Origin: an uncultured Actinomycetota bacterium
GTDB lineage: Bacteria > Actinomycetota > Nitriliruptoria > Euzebyales > JAHELV01
Length of the DNA: 53,163 nt
Reading direction: 5' to 3'
Assembly: GCA_964450395.1 (NCBI GenBank)
Contig: CAYVGE010000003.1
Location: 1 to 53,163, forward strand
Notes under the pieces: model-generated
Databases searched by the model: none
The model's input: the letters and a program-made list of their open reading frames with translations, nothing else
Told to the model about the DNA's origin: nothing
In this document: in pieces, positions 43,762 to 52,813 of the stretch
Numbering within the stretch: position 1 is the first letter of the stretch
How the letters are laid out: every line of letters starts with the position of its first letter
Made by a program: the position numbers and the translations under genes

Positions 43762-46740
43762 ATGGCCGCCACGACGACCCGTGCCCGCACACGCCCCGCC
43801 CACCAGGCCGCGGACGGCGCCGCGCCCGCGGCGGCGTTCCTCGCCGAGGTCGACCCCGGGGTCCGCGACCACCTGGCCGGCTCGCAGACGTTGCGGGAGT
43901 TCCTGGCCACGCCGGACCGGCTGACGCTGCCGGAGCGGCGGCTGCTGGTCGAGCAGGCCATGGTGCTGTTGGAGCACAACTACGTGCACCTGGACCTCAA
44001 GGTCGCGATGCACGCGGTCGACCCGCTCCAGCGCCTGCGCCTGCTGCAGGTGCGCCTCCGCAGGCAGACGCCCGACACCATGGACCCCGGGCACGTCTTC
44101 CATGCCGAGCTGTCGGCGATCTTCCACTCGCTGCGGGACCTGCACACCAACTACCTGCTACCCGCCCCCTACCGCGGCAAGGTCGCCTACCTGCCGTTCA
44201 TGGTCGAGCGCTGCAGCGATGACGACGGGCACGACGCCTTTGTCGTGTCCCACGTGGTGCAGGGCTTCTCGCAGCCACCGTTCGGCGTCGGCGTCGAGGT
44301 CACCCACTGGAACGGGGTCCCCATCGGGCGGGCGGTCGAGGTCAACGGCGACCGCTTCGCCGGCAGCAACCGGCCCGCCCGGCTCGCTCGCGGCCTCGAG
44401 TCGCTGACCATCCGCCCGCTGGTCATCCACCTGCCCCCCGACGAGCACTGGGTGACCGTCACCTACCGCAGCCAGGACGGCGGCGAGCACACGCTCCGCC
44501 ACGACTGGCTGGTCGTCGACAACCTCCCGCCGTTCACCGACGCGGGGGAGATCAGCACGGCGGCCGTCACGCTCGGGGTCGACGTCGACGCCGACGAGGC
44601 CGGCCGTGCCAAGACGCTGCTGTTCGCCCCGGACGTCGCGGACGCGGCGCACGGCGACGAGGACGTGGCGGTGGACGACGCGACCGCGGCGCCCGGCGAC
44701 GACCTGCCGACGACCATGCCCGGGGTCTTCCGCGCCCGCCCGGTGCAGACCGCCGCCGGCATGTTCGGGCACCTGCGGATCTTCACGTTCAGCGTCCGCG
44801 ATCCCGAGGCCTTCGTCGACGAGTTCGTGCGGCTGCTCGGGCTCCTGCCGCAGGACGGGCTGATCGTCGACGTCCGCGACAACGGTGGTGGGCACATCCA
44901 CGCGAGCGAGTTCACCTTGCAGACGCTGACGCCGCACCGCATCACCCCGGAGCCCGTGCAGTTCGCCAGCAGCGACATCAACCTGGCCGTCTGCCGCCGG
45001 CACCGCGAGGACCCGACTGGCCAGATCGACCTCGGACCGTGGTTCGCCTCGCTCGACCAGGCCACCGAGACCGGGGCGGAGTACTCGGCCGCCTTCCCGA
45101 TCACGCCGGTCGAGGGCGCCAACCGGCGGGGCCAGCAGTACCACGGCCCGGTCGTGCTGATCACCGACGCCCGCTGCTACTCGGCGACCGACATCTTCGC
45201 CGCCGGCTTCGCCGACCACCGGATCGGCACGATCCTGGGAATCGACGCCAACACGGGCGCCGGCGGCGCCAACGTGTGGACGCACGGGTTGCTGACCGCG
45301 CTGCTGCGCGTCCCCACGCCCGACCCTGCATCGCCCTACACCGCCCTGCCCCACGGCGCCGACCTGCGCGTGTCGATGCGCCGCACCCTGCGGGTCGGGC
45401 GGGCCAACGCGGGGACGCCGGTCGAGGACCTCGGCGTCGTGCCCGACGAGCTGCACCGCATGACCCGCCGTGACGTCCTCGAGGGCAACGTCGACCTGCT
45501 CGACCGCGCCGGTGCGATCCTGGCCGCGCAGCCGGCGCGCCGGCTCGACGTGCTCGCGGCGGTCGGTGACGGCGGCACGCTGACGCTCGAGGTCGACGTC
45601 ACCGGCGTCGACCGCGTCGACGTGTACGTCGACGACCGGCCGGGCACCTCGGTCGACGTGGCCGACGGGACCACCACGATCCCGGTCGAGGCTGCCCCCA
45701 CTGGCGCCCGCATCCGCGTCGAGGGCCACGCCGCCGGCGTGCTGGTCGCCGCCCGCACCGTGTCGGTCGCCGTCGGGGCCACCGACGCCGCGACCACCGA
45801 CCGCTCCGGCACGCACCTGCGGGCCACCGTGGCGGCGGGCGGGCGCCCGCACATCGTGTACGTGCACGGTGCCGGCAACAAGCCGCCGCGCGACGTGCTC
45901 GAACGCGACTGGGACCGCGACCTGTTCCAGCGCGACCTGGGTGATGACAGCACCATGGCGTACTACGCCGACGTGCTGCACCCCGCACCGGCCGTGATCG
46001 GGGCCGACGCGTGCGGCGTCGACGGGATCCTGGCCGCGGTGATCGCCGAGGATGGCGACGGCCTGGCGACCGGGGACCTGGCCGCGGTGCCGCTCGAGGC
46101 CACCGACCTGACCGCGTTCGCCACGTCGCCCGAGGGCCGGGCCTTCGCCTCGCGACTGGGCAGGCAGCTGCGGGACCGGGCGGCCGCGCGCGACGCCCTG
46201 CGCAGCCCGACGACCGGTGTGCTGCCCCTGCCCAGGTTCCTCGAGGACCTCATCCTGCGGGAGCTGCTGCGTCGCCTGGTGCCCGACGCCGAGGCCTACT
46301 TCTTCGACGCGCGACGACGCGACCGCATGCGCGCGCGGGTGCGCTCGGCGCTCCGTGCGGCACCGGACCCGGTGATCGTGGTGTCGCACAGCCTCGGGAC
46401 GGTCATCGCCTACGACGTGCTGCACGAGGCCCGGTTCGCCGGCCGTGACGTCCGGCTGTTCGTCACCCTGGGTTCCCCGCTGGGCTACGACGAGATCCAG
46501 GATCGCGTGCGTCGCCCGCTGCGGGTGCCGGCCGCCGTCGGCCGGTGGACCAACGCCGCCGACCCGCTCGACGTGGTCGCCCTGGACGGCGCCCTGCAGA
46601 ACGACTTCGCCGGTGGGATGCGCCTGGTCGACCTGCGTGTGGACAACCCCGCCCCCAACAACCACGCCGCCTGCGGCTACCTGCGCGCCATGGCGGTGCG
46701 GACCGCCGTCGGCGCCGCCCTGACGGCGCCGGCCACCTGA
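43762..46740 (+). CDS. Large cytosolic multidomain protein: S41-type serine peptidase - beta-sandwich spacer - lipase/PGAP1-like alpha/beta hydrolase
   Basis: GAGGGAG RBS. S41 signatures are 'LIVDVRDNGGGHI' and 'VVLITDARCYSATDIFAAGF'. Hydrolase signatures are 'HIVYVHGAGN', the GxSxG 'VVSHSLGTVIAYD' and 'TLGSPLG'. No signal peptide is present. Confidence 0.85.
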   Translation: MAATTTRARTRPAHQAADGAAPAAAFLAEVDPGVRDHLAGSQTLREFLATPDRLTLPERRLLVEQAMVLLEHNYVHLDLKVAMHAVDPLQRLRLLQVRLRRQTPDTMDPGHVFHAELSAIFHSLRDLHTNYLLPAPYRGKVAYLPFMVERCSDDDGHDAFVVSHVVQGFSQPPFGVGVEVTHWNGVPIGRAVEVNGDRFAGSNRPARLARGLESLTIRPLVIHLPPDEHWVTVTYRSQDGGEHTLRHDWLVVDNLPPFTDAGEISTAAVTLGVDVDADEAGRAKTLLFAPDVADAAHGDEDVAVDDATAAPGDDLPTTMPGVFRARPVQTAAGMFGHLRIFTFSVRDPEAFVDEFVRLLGLLPQDGLIVDVRDNGGGHIHASEFTLQTLTPHRITPEPVQFASSDINLAVCRRHREDPTGQIDLGPWFASLDQATETGAEYSAAFPITPVEGANRRGQQYHGPVVLITDARCYSATDIFAAGFADHRIGTILGIDANTGAGGANVWTHGLLTALLRVPTPDPASPYTALPHGADLRVSMRRTLRVGRANAGTPVEDLGVVPDELHRMTRRDVLEGNVDLLDRAGAILAAQPARRLDVLAAVGDGGTLTLEVDVTGVDRVDVYVDDRPGTSVDVADGTTTIPVEAAPTGARIRVEGHAAGVLVAARTVSVAVGATDAATTDRSGTHLRATVAAGGRPHIVYVHGAGNKPPRDVLERDWDRDLFQRDLGDDSTMAYYADVLHPAPAVIGADACGVDGILAAVIAEDGDGLATGDLAAVPLEATDLTAFATSPEGRAFASRLGRQLRDRAAARDALRSPTTGVLPLPRFLEDLILRELLRRLVPDAEAYFFDARRRDRMRARVRSALRAAPDPVIVVSHSLGTVIAYDVLHEARFAGRDVRLFVTLGSPLGYDEIQDRVRRPLRVPAAVGRWTNAADPLDVVALDGALQNDFAGGMRLVDLRVDNPAPNNHAACGYLRAMAVRTAVGAALTAPAT

Positions 46741-46931
46741 TCACTGCGATCACCGCAGCAGCGCCGTCGGACCGGCGCTTCCGGGTTACCGACCGGCCGG
46801 CCTGACGACGGCGCGCCCGACCTCGTGACGATCCACGCAGTGCGCGTGTGTGTCGGTCGCCGTGGTTGGACATCGTGGGCGCCGCGGATGCCGTCTCCGG
46901 CATCCGCTCCACGATGCAGAAAGGCACGACC

Positions 46932-47138
46932 ATGCGATCACGCAGGGCACTGGGCGCGCTCGCCCTCGCCGCGGTCCTCGCCCTCGGGGGATGCGCCAGC
47001 GGCGAAGGCGGCGAGACCGAGTCGGAGCCGGCGGCCGCGTCGGAACCGACGTCGGAGCCCGCGTCGGAGCCGGCGTCGGAGCCGATGGCGACCGAGACGA
47101 TGACCGAGCCGATGGCAACCGAGACAGCGACGCCCTAG
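46932..47138 (+). CDS. Small lipoprotein with an acidic Ser/Glu/Pro/Thr repeat tail (68 aa)
   Basis: The lipobox reads 'MRSRRALGALALAAVLALGGC'. The tail reads 'SEPAAASEPTSEPASEPASEPMATETMTEPMATETATP'. Confidence 0.6.
   Translation: MRSRRALGALALAAVLALGGCASGEGGETESEPAAASEPTSEPASEPASEPMATETMTEPMATETATP
47021..47130 (+). repeat. Short in-frame tandem repeats (GCGTCGGAGCC units, then GAGCCGATGGCnACCGAGAC units)
   Basis: Four GTCGGA(G/A)CC units fall between 47021 and 47083, and two ACCGAGCCGATGGC-like units follow. All were read directly. Confidence 0.5.
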
Positions 47139-47316
47139 CCGTCGGGCACATCGACGCCGAGCCGCCGCCCGGCGCGACCTCCTCCCTCTGCCCGTGACAC
47201 CGCGCGGCAGTGGCGGGGAGCGGCGCGTCGCGCGGCGGCGGCGCCGAACCCGTGCGAGCCTGGGTGCATCGAGGGTCCCATCCGCCGTTCGGGTGGAGTG
47301 ATCTCAGGACGCGCGC

Positions 47317-48339
47317 ATGGCAGACAATCACGAAGACCGCATGGTGCGGTCGCCCAGCGGTGCGCCCGCGACCGGCCGCGCGGTCCGCGACGTCTTCAGC
47401 GCCGACGAGACCTTCCAGCGGCTGACCGCGACCGCCGACGAGGAGTTCAGCCGCACCGCCCGGCAGCTGGTGTTCTCCGGCCTTGGCGCGGGGCTGGCGC
47501 TGGGGATGGTCTTCCTCGGGCGCAGCGCGGGCGCGGCAGCGTTCGGCGACTACGAGACGCTGGGCGCCAACCTGCTGTACCCGATCGGCTTCGTGATCGT
47601 GGTGCTCGGCCGCTACCAGCTGTACACCGAGAACACCCTGACCCCCGTCACGCTGGTGCTGACGCGGGTGGCCAGCCTGCCGTCGCTGCTGCGGCTGTGG
47701 ACCATCGTCTTCCTCGCCAACGTGGTCGGCGCCCTTATCATCGGTGTGTTCATCGCCGTTCCCGGAGTGCTCGACAGCCCCATCCGGACGATGGGTGGCG
47801 ACATCGCCAAGCACGCGTTCGAGATCCCGGTGCTCGACCTGTTCCTGCGCGGCATCATCGCGGGTGCGCTGGTGGGCGCGATGGTCTGGCTGACGCACGC
47901 GGTGAGCGAGGCGACCGCCCGCGTGTGGATCATCTACGCCATCTTCCTGCTGATCCCGACCGCGGGGCTGTTCCACGTGATCACGGGGTTCGTCGAGGTG
48001 GTCTTCGGCGTGATGGTCGGCGAGGGCTCGTGGGGCCAGGCGTTCGCGTTCCTCGCCGCGGTCGGCCTGGGCAACACGCTGGGCGGCGTCGTGCTCGTGG
48101 CGCTGCTGAACTTCGGCCAGACCAACGAACGGCGGGTGCCCGAGGGCAGCGAGCTCGAGGAGCTGTCGTGGCGCGAGTGGCTGTTCGGGTTCCGCACCGG
48201 ACTGGCCCTCGACGAGGCGGTCGCCCCCGAGGTCGTCGACGAGGGGGAGCTCCTGCCGGAGGAGGACCACCGGATCGATCCGGAGGCGGATGGGCAGTTC
48301 GGCCCGGAAGACGACGAGCGGGAGCCCGTCGACACCTGA
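47317..48339 (+). CDS. Formate/nitrite transporter (FNT) family channel with an acidic C-terminal extension
   Basis: Motifs seen are 'LLYPIGFVIVVLGRYQLYTENTLT', 'FLANVVGALI' and 'GLFHVITGFVEV'. The protein is 340 aa. Confidence 0.88.
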   Translation: MADNHEDRMVRSPSGAPATGRAVRDVFSADETFQRLTATADEEFSRTARQLVFSGLGAGLALGMVFLGRSAGAAAFGDYETLGANLLYPIGFVIVVLGRYQLYTENTLTPVTLVLTRVASLPSLLRLWTIVFLANVVGALIIGVFIAVPGVLDSPIRTMGGDIAKHAFEIPVLDLFLRGIIAGALVGAMVWLTHAVSEATARVWIIYAIFLLIPTAGLFHVITGFVEVVFGVMVGEGSWGQAFAFLAAVGLGNTLGGVVLVALLNFGQTNERRVPEGSELEELSWREWLFGFRTGLALDEAVAPEVVDEGELLPEEDHRIDPEADGQFGPEDDEREPVDT

Positions 48340-48367
48340 CCGATCGGGGCGCGCTGCGGCGCCTTCA

Positions 48368-48400
48368 GGAGCCGCGGCGTCACCCTGACGCCGCGGCTCC
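48368..48400. terminator. Strong bidirectional stem-loop between convergent FNT and AKR genes
   Basis: GGAGCCGCGGCGTCA pairs with TGACGCCGCGGCTCC across the loop ccc. This gives a perfect 15-bp stem. Confidence 0.7.
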
Positions 48401-48426
48401 CCACCACGGGCCGTGGCGGCGTCAGG

Positions 48427-49260
48427 TCACGTGCGGTTGAACACGTCCGGGTCCGGGCCGGTGCGCTCGTCGCGGTTCAGCCCCGAGATCTGGGCGACGT
48501 CGTCATCGGTGAGCTCGAAGTCGAAGACGTCGAGGTTCTCCTTCACGCGGGCGGGGGTCACCGACTTCGGGAAGACGATGTCGCCGCGCTGCAGGTGCCA
48601 GCGCAGCGTCACCTGTGCGGCGGTCTTCCCGACCCGCTCGGCGATCTGCGCGATCGTCGGGTCGTCGAGCACGCCACCCTGCGCGATCGGGGACCACGCC
48701 TCCGTCGCGATGCCGTGCGCGGCGTTGAAGCCGCGTACGTCGTCCTGCGTGAGGTAGGGGTGGACCTCGATCTGGTTGACCGCCGGCACCGTCGCCGTCT
48801 CGTCGAGCACCCGCCGCAGGTGGGCCGGCTGGAAGTTGCTGACGCCGATCGCCCGGACCCGTCCCGAGGCGTACATCTCCTCCATGGCGCGCCAGGTGTC
48901 GACGTAGTCGACGTCGATCCCGGGCAGCGGCCAGTGGATGAGGAACAGGTCGAGGTGGCCGATGTCGAGGTCGGACAGGGTGCGGTCGAACGCGGCGAGC
49001 GCGTCGTCGGGGGCGTGGACGCTGTTGTTGAGCTTGCTGGTGACGAAGATCTCGTCCCGGTCGGCGCCGAAGGCGCGCACGGCCCGGCCGACCTCGGCCT
49101 CGTTGCCGTACATCTGGGCGGTGTCGATGTGCCGGTAGCCGGCCTCCAGCGCGGTGCGCGTGGCGTCCTCCGTCTCGTCCGGCGGGATCTGGTAGGTGCC
49201 GAAGCCCAGCTGGGGGATGTCGACGCCATTGGTGAGCGTCACGGTGGGCACTGCGGTCAT
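48427..49260 (-). CDS. Aldo/keto reductase (2,5-diketo-D-gluconate reductase-like)
   Basis: Motifs seen are 'LGFGTYQI', 'GYRHIDTAQMYGNE', 'FVTSKL', 'DLFLIHWP' and 'IGVSNF'. The protein is 277 aa. Confidence 0.92.
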   Translation of the reverse strand: MTAVPTVTLTNGVDIPQLGFGTYQIPPDETEDATRTALEAGYRHIDTAQMYGNEAEVGRAVRAFGADRDEIFVTSKLNNSVHAPDDALAAFDRTLSDLDIGHLDLFLIHWPLPGIDVDYVDTWRAMEEMYASGRVRAIGVSNFQPAHLRRVLDETATVPAVNQIEVHPYLTQDDVRGFNAAHGIATEAWSPIAQGGVLDDPTIAQIAERVGKTAAQVTLRWHLQRGDIVFPKSVTPARVKENLDVFDFELTDDDVAQISGLNRDERTGPDPDVFNRT

Positions 49261-49399
49261 GGGAACTGCCCCTGTCGTCGTCGTGTCGGGCGTGGTCCTA
49301 CCCGCCGCGCGCGGTGGGTAGCCCGGGGTCGGGCCCGCCGGAGCGCCAACCCGTTGGGCTGCTAGGGTTGAGGTTCTGGCGACGAAAAGGCGTGCCCGG

Positions 49400-50563
49400 G
49401 TGAGCTGGGAAGGTGCGTCCGAGCCGCGGCGTCGAGGGTCGACCGCGGTCGTGGCCGCGGTGGTCGCGGCCGTCGTGGTCGCCGCGGTTGTGGTCACGCG
49501 CCCCGACGACGCGCCGTCCACGCCGCAGCTGACGGTCGGCCGCACCGAGCGGCCCGACGACGCGCTGCCCGTCGACGAGGACCCGCTCGGCGTCTCCCGG
49601 CCCGCCCCGTCGGAGCCGATGCGCAGGACGGTCGAGGTCACCGGTGACGGCCCGCTGGTGCCGGAGGCACCCGACATCGAGATCGTGGCCGCCGACTTCG
49701 TCAGCCGGCTGCAGATGGTCGACGTGGCGACCGGCGACGTCGAGGCGCTCGAAGTCTTCTCCGGGGGTCGGCGCACCCGCCCGGACGGGCTGCAGCGCAT
49801 CGGAGACGCCATGGTCCTCGACGTCGGCGGCGACGTCGTGCGCGTCGACGAGGACCGCGAGGCACCGGCGGTCGTGGCCCGCGGCCACCGCTCGATCCCC
49901 ACCAGTGGCGACAGCTCGGTGTGGGTGTACGACGGCGAGCCGTTCGCTGTCGGCGGCACCGCCTCACTCGTCGGCTTCGACGGCGAGGTCAGGGAGCGCG
50001 TCGACCTGCCCGCGCTGGCCCAACCCCTGGCGGGGACCGCCGAGGGGCTCCTGGTGCGCACGCCGGGTGCGGTGACCCTGATCGGGTCGGACGGCGGCCG
50101 GCGGCAGGTCGCCCCGGGCCAGGGCCTCGTCAGCGACGGCCGGCGGTTGGCGTGGCTCGACTGCACGCAGGACCTGATCTGCTACGCGGTCGCCGGCACC
50201 GTCGACGACCCGGAGCAGGTGCGCGTCGAGCTGGGCGCCGATGATCTGCCAGTCGGCCTCGGCGAGCCGGGCGGCGCCTTCTCCCCGGACGGGCGGTGGC
50301 TGGCGCTGCCGCTGTTCCGCCGGCAGGAGGCCAGCGCCTCGGAGCAGCGCGACGTCGCCATCATCGATCTGACGATCGGAGCCCAGGCCCAGCGCGTCCG
50401 CGGCTCGGCGCTGGTGTCGCCGACACCGGTGGCGTGGTCCCCCGACAGCCGGTGGCTGGCGATCAGCACGGGATCGGGTCTGCGGCTGTGGAGCGCAGCC
50501 AGCAACGAGGTCGCCGACCTCGACGTCCGGGTCTGGCCGACCTACGCGATCACCGCACGGTGA
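49400..50563 (+). CDS. Membrane-anchored hypothetical protein with TolB/WD40-like beta-propeller features
   Basis: The N-terminal anchor reads 'AVVAAVVAAVVVAAVVV'. The C-terminal repeats 'FSPDGRWLAL' and 'WSPDSRWLAI' are typical of TolB-like blades. GTG start. Confidence 0.62.
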   Translation: MSWEGASEPRRRGSTAVVAAVVAAVVVAAVVVTRPDDAPSTPQLTVGRTERPDDALPVDEDPLGVSRPAPSEPMRRTVEVTGDGPLVPEAPDIEIVAADFVSRLQMVDVATGDVEALEVFSGGRRTRPDGLQRIGDAMVLDVGGDVVRVDEDREAPAVVARGHRSIPTSGDSSVWVYDGEPFAVGGTASLVGFDGEVRERVDLPALAQPLAGTAEGLLVRTPGAVTLIGSDGGRRQVAPGQGLVSDGRRLAWLDCTQDLICYAVAGTVDDPEQVRVELGADDLPVGLGEPGGAFSPDGRWLALPLFRRQEASASEQRDVAIIDLTIGAQAQRVRGSALVSPTPVAWSPDSRWLAISTGSGLRLWSAASNEVADLDVRVWPTYAITAR

Positions 50564-50569
50564 GACCCC

Positions 50570-52246
50570 TCATTCGGCGGTCCGCAGCCACACCGCCGTG
50601 TCGGACGGCAGGCGGCCGCCGTCCAGCGGCCCGCTGGCGCACAGCACGTCGAGGTGGTCCGGCAGCGGCATCGGGTCGGCGCTGAAGTTGACCGCGCACC
50701 GGACGTCGGGGCCGCGGGCGAACAGCAGCGCCTCGGGGCCCGCGTCGAGCCAGGTCAGCCCGCCGGCGCCCAGCGACGGGTGCTCCCGGCGCAGCTGGAG
50801 CGCCGCGACGTAGAGCGACAGCATCGAGGCCGGGTCCTCGTGCTGCGCCGCGACGGTGCGGTCGCGCCAGGCCGGCGGCTGGGGCAGCCACGGCTGCGCG
50901 TCCACGCCGGCGCTGAAGCCGAACGGTGGGGCGTCGCCGAACCACGGCATCGGCACCCGGCACCCGTCACGGCCTCGGACCGCGCCCTCGGTCCGGCGCC
51001 AGGTCGGGTCGGCGAGCACGTCGGGCGGCAGATCCTCGACCTCGGGCAGGCCCAGCTCCTCACCCTGGTACAGGTACACCGAGCCTGGCAGCGCCAGCAT
51101 CAGCAGCACCGCCGCCCTGGCCCGCCGCTCCCCCAGCCCGGGGTCGGCGGGCAGGTCCAGCAGCGCGTCGAGGCCGTGGCCGGACACGGCCTGTTGGTCG
51201 CGCGCGTAGCGCGAGGGGTGTCGGGCGACGTCGTGGTTCGACAGCACCCACACCGCGGGTGCGTCCACGGCCTCGTGCTCGGCGAGCGTGGTGTCGATCG
51301 CCTTGTGCACGGTCTCCGCGGTCCACGGCGCGATCAGGAAGTCGAAGCCGAACGCCGTGTGCAGCTCGTCGGGGCGGACGTAGCGGACCAGGCGCTCCGG
51401 CGTGCCGACCCACGCCTCGGCGACGAACACCCGGGGCGGATCGTAGCCGTCGGCCACCGCACGCCACTCGCGGTAGACGTCGTGCACCTCCTCGCGGTCC
51501 CAGTGCGGGTGGTCGCCCACGAAGCCCGGCCCCCACGGGACCTCGAGCTCCCCGACGTCGGGCAGCCCCTCCTGCTTGATCAGCGAGTGGGCGACGTCGA
51601 TGCGGAAGCCGTCGACCCCGCGGTCGAACCAGAACCGCAGGGTCCGTTCGAAGTCGGCGCGGACCTCGGCGTTGCGCCAGTTCAGGTCGGGCTGCTCGGC
51701 GGCGAACAGGTGCAGGTACCACTCGCCGGGACACCCGTCGGGCTCGATCACCCGGGTCCACGCCTGGCCACCGAACTGGCTGCGCCAGTTGTTGGGCGGC
51801 TCGGCACCGTCCGGGCCACGACCGGGGCGGAACAGGTAGCGGTCCCGCTCCGGGGCGCCGGGGCCGGCCGCCAGCGCGGCGCGGAACCACGCGTGCTGGT
51901 CGGACGTGTGGTTGGGGACGATGTCGAGCAGCACCCGCAGCCCCAGCCCGTGGGCGTCCGCGATCAGCCCCTCCGCCTGCGCGAGATCGCCGAACATCGG
52001 CTCGATGGCGCGGTAGTCGGAGACGTCGTAGCCACCGTCGGCCATGGGCGACGGGTACCACGGGTTGACCCACAGTCCGTCGACGCCCAGGTCGGCCAGG
52101 TGCGGCAGCCGGGCCCGCAGGCCGGCGATGTCGCCGTTGCCGTCACCGTCGCCGTCGGCGAAGCTGCGGATGTAGATCTGGTAGATGACCGCGCTGCGCC
52201 ACCAGTCGCGCGGTCCGTCGGCGGGTCCCGCCGCGCCCGTCATCAT
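50570..52246 (-). CDS. GH13 alpha-glucosidase / oligo-1,6-glucosidase-like
   Basis: Motifs seen are 'VIYQIYIRSFADGDGDGNGD', 'DIVPNHTSDQH', 'GFRIDVAHSL', 'FVAEAW' and 'LSNHDVAR'. ATG is at 52246, with an alternative GTG at 52249. Confidence 0.92.
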   Translation of the reverse strand: MMTGAAGPADGPRDWWRSAVIYQIYIRSFADGDGDGNGDIAGLRARLPHLADLGVDGLWVNPWYPSPMADGGYDVSDYRAIEPMFGDLAQAEGLIADAHGLGLRVLLDIVPNHTSDQHAWFRAALAAGPGAPERDRYLFRPGRGPDGAEPPNNWRSQFGGQAWTRVIEPDGCPGEWYLHLFAAEQPDLNWRNAEVRADFERTLRFWFDRGVDGFRIDVAHSLIKQEGLPDVGELEVPWGPGFVGDHPHWDREEVHDVYREWRAVADGYDPPRVFVAEAWVGTPERLVRYVRPDELHTAFGFDFLIAPWTAETVHKAIDTTLAEHEAVDAPAVWVLSNHDVARHPSRYARDQQAVSGHGLDALLDLPADPGLGERRARAAVLLMLALPGSVYLYQGEELGLPEVEDLPPDVLADPTWRRTEGAVRGRDGCRVPMPWFGDAPPFGFSAGVDAQPWLPQPPAWRDRTVAAQHEDPASMLSLYVAALQLRREHPSLGAGGLTWLDAGPEALLFARGPDVRCAVNFSADPMPLPDHLDVLCASGPLDGGRLPSDTAVWLRTAE

Positions 52247-52283
52247 CACGTGCTCGGCTCCTGTTCCTGTCGGTCGTGTCCGG

Positions 52284-52727
52284 TCACCGGCGGGGGGACT
52301 CGAACAGGTCGGCGAGGCCGACGGCCGTGAACGGCAACGCCGGCGCGAGCACCGCGGTCGGCACGAACGCCACCACCATGCCACCCAACGCCACGACGGT
52401 CGCGATGGCCGCCGCGATCGCCCGGTTGTGCCAGGTGCGGCCCTCCGGCAGTGAGACGGTGACCACCGCCGCGGCGGCGTAGCCGGCGATCAGCGAGGCG
52501 AGGGGGTTGCCGAAGATCAGCAGCGGCAGGCCGACCGCGAGGGACAGGCCCATGCCGGCGAGCACGGCGAGCGGCCAGTCGTCACGCCGGGAGATCAGCG
52601 CGACGGTCACGAGGCCAGCCGGGATCAGCAGGACCGCCAGTCCCACCCCGGACGCGGCGATCATGGTGCCGTTCGCCGCCGGGTCGGCGGGCGTGCCGGC
52701 GGACGCGACCGCCAACCCGTAGGCCAT
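52284..52727 (-). CDS. Hypothetical polytopic membrane protein; the true start is possibly upstream
   Basis: Four hydrophobic helices are present. The frame stays open for at least 38 more codons upstream (past the permease stop at 52814) and encodes another helix, 'WAAIAAGTLFVVFSFWS', without an ATG, GTG or TTG. Confidence 0.6.
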   Translation of the reverse strand: MAYGLAVASAGTPADPAANGTMIAASGVGLAVLLIPAGLVTVALISRRDDWPLAVLAGMGLSLAVGLPLLIFGNPLASLIAGYAAAAVVTVSLPEGRTWHNRAIAAAIATVVALGGMVVAFVPTAVLAPALPFTAVGLADLFESPRR

Positions 52728-52813
52728 CGACCAGAAGCTGAAGACGACGAACAGTGTGCCCGCCGCGATGGCCGCCCACCTCCGGTTGGGGGTGGCCGTG
52801 CGGCGCCAGGTCC

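Noticed and set aside
44158-46665. 835-aa minus-strand ORF inside the S41-hydrolase gene
   Set aside because: It is an antisense artefact. The plus strand has an RBS, S41 and GxSxG motifs, and coding-like GC3.
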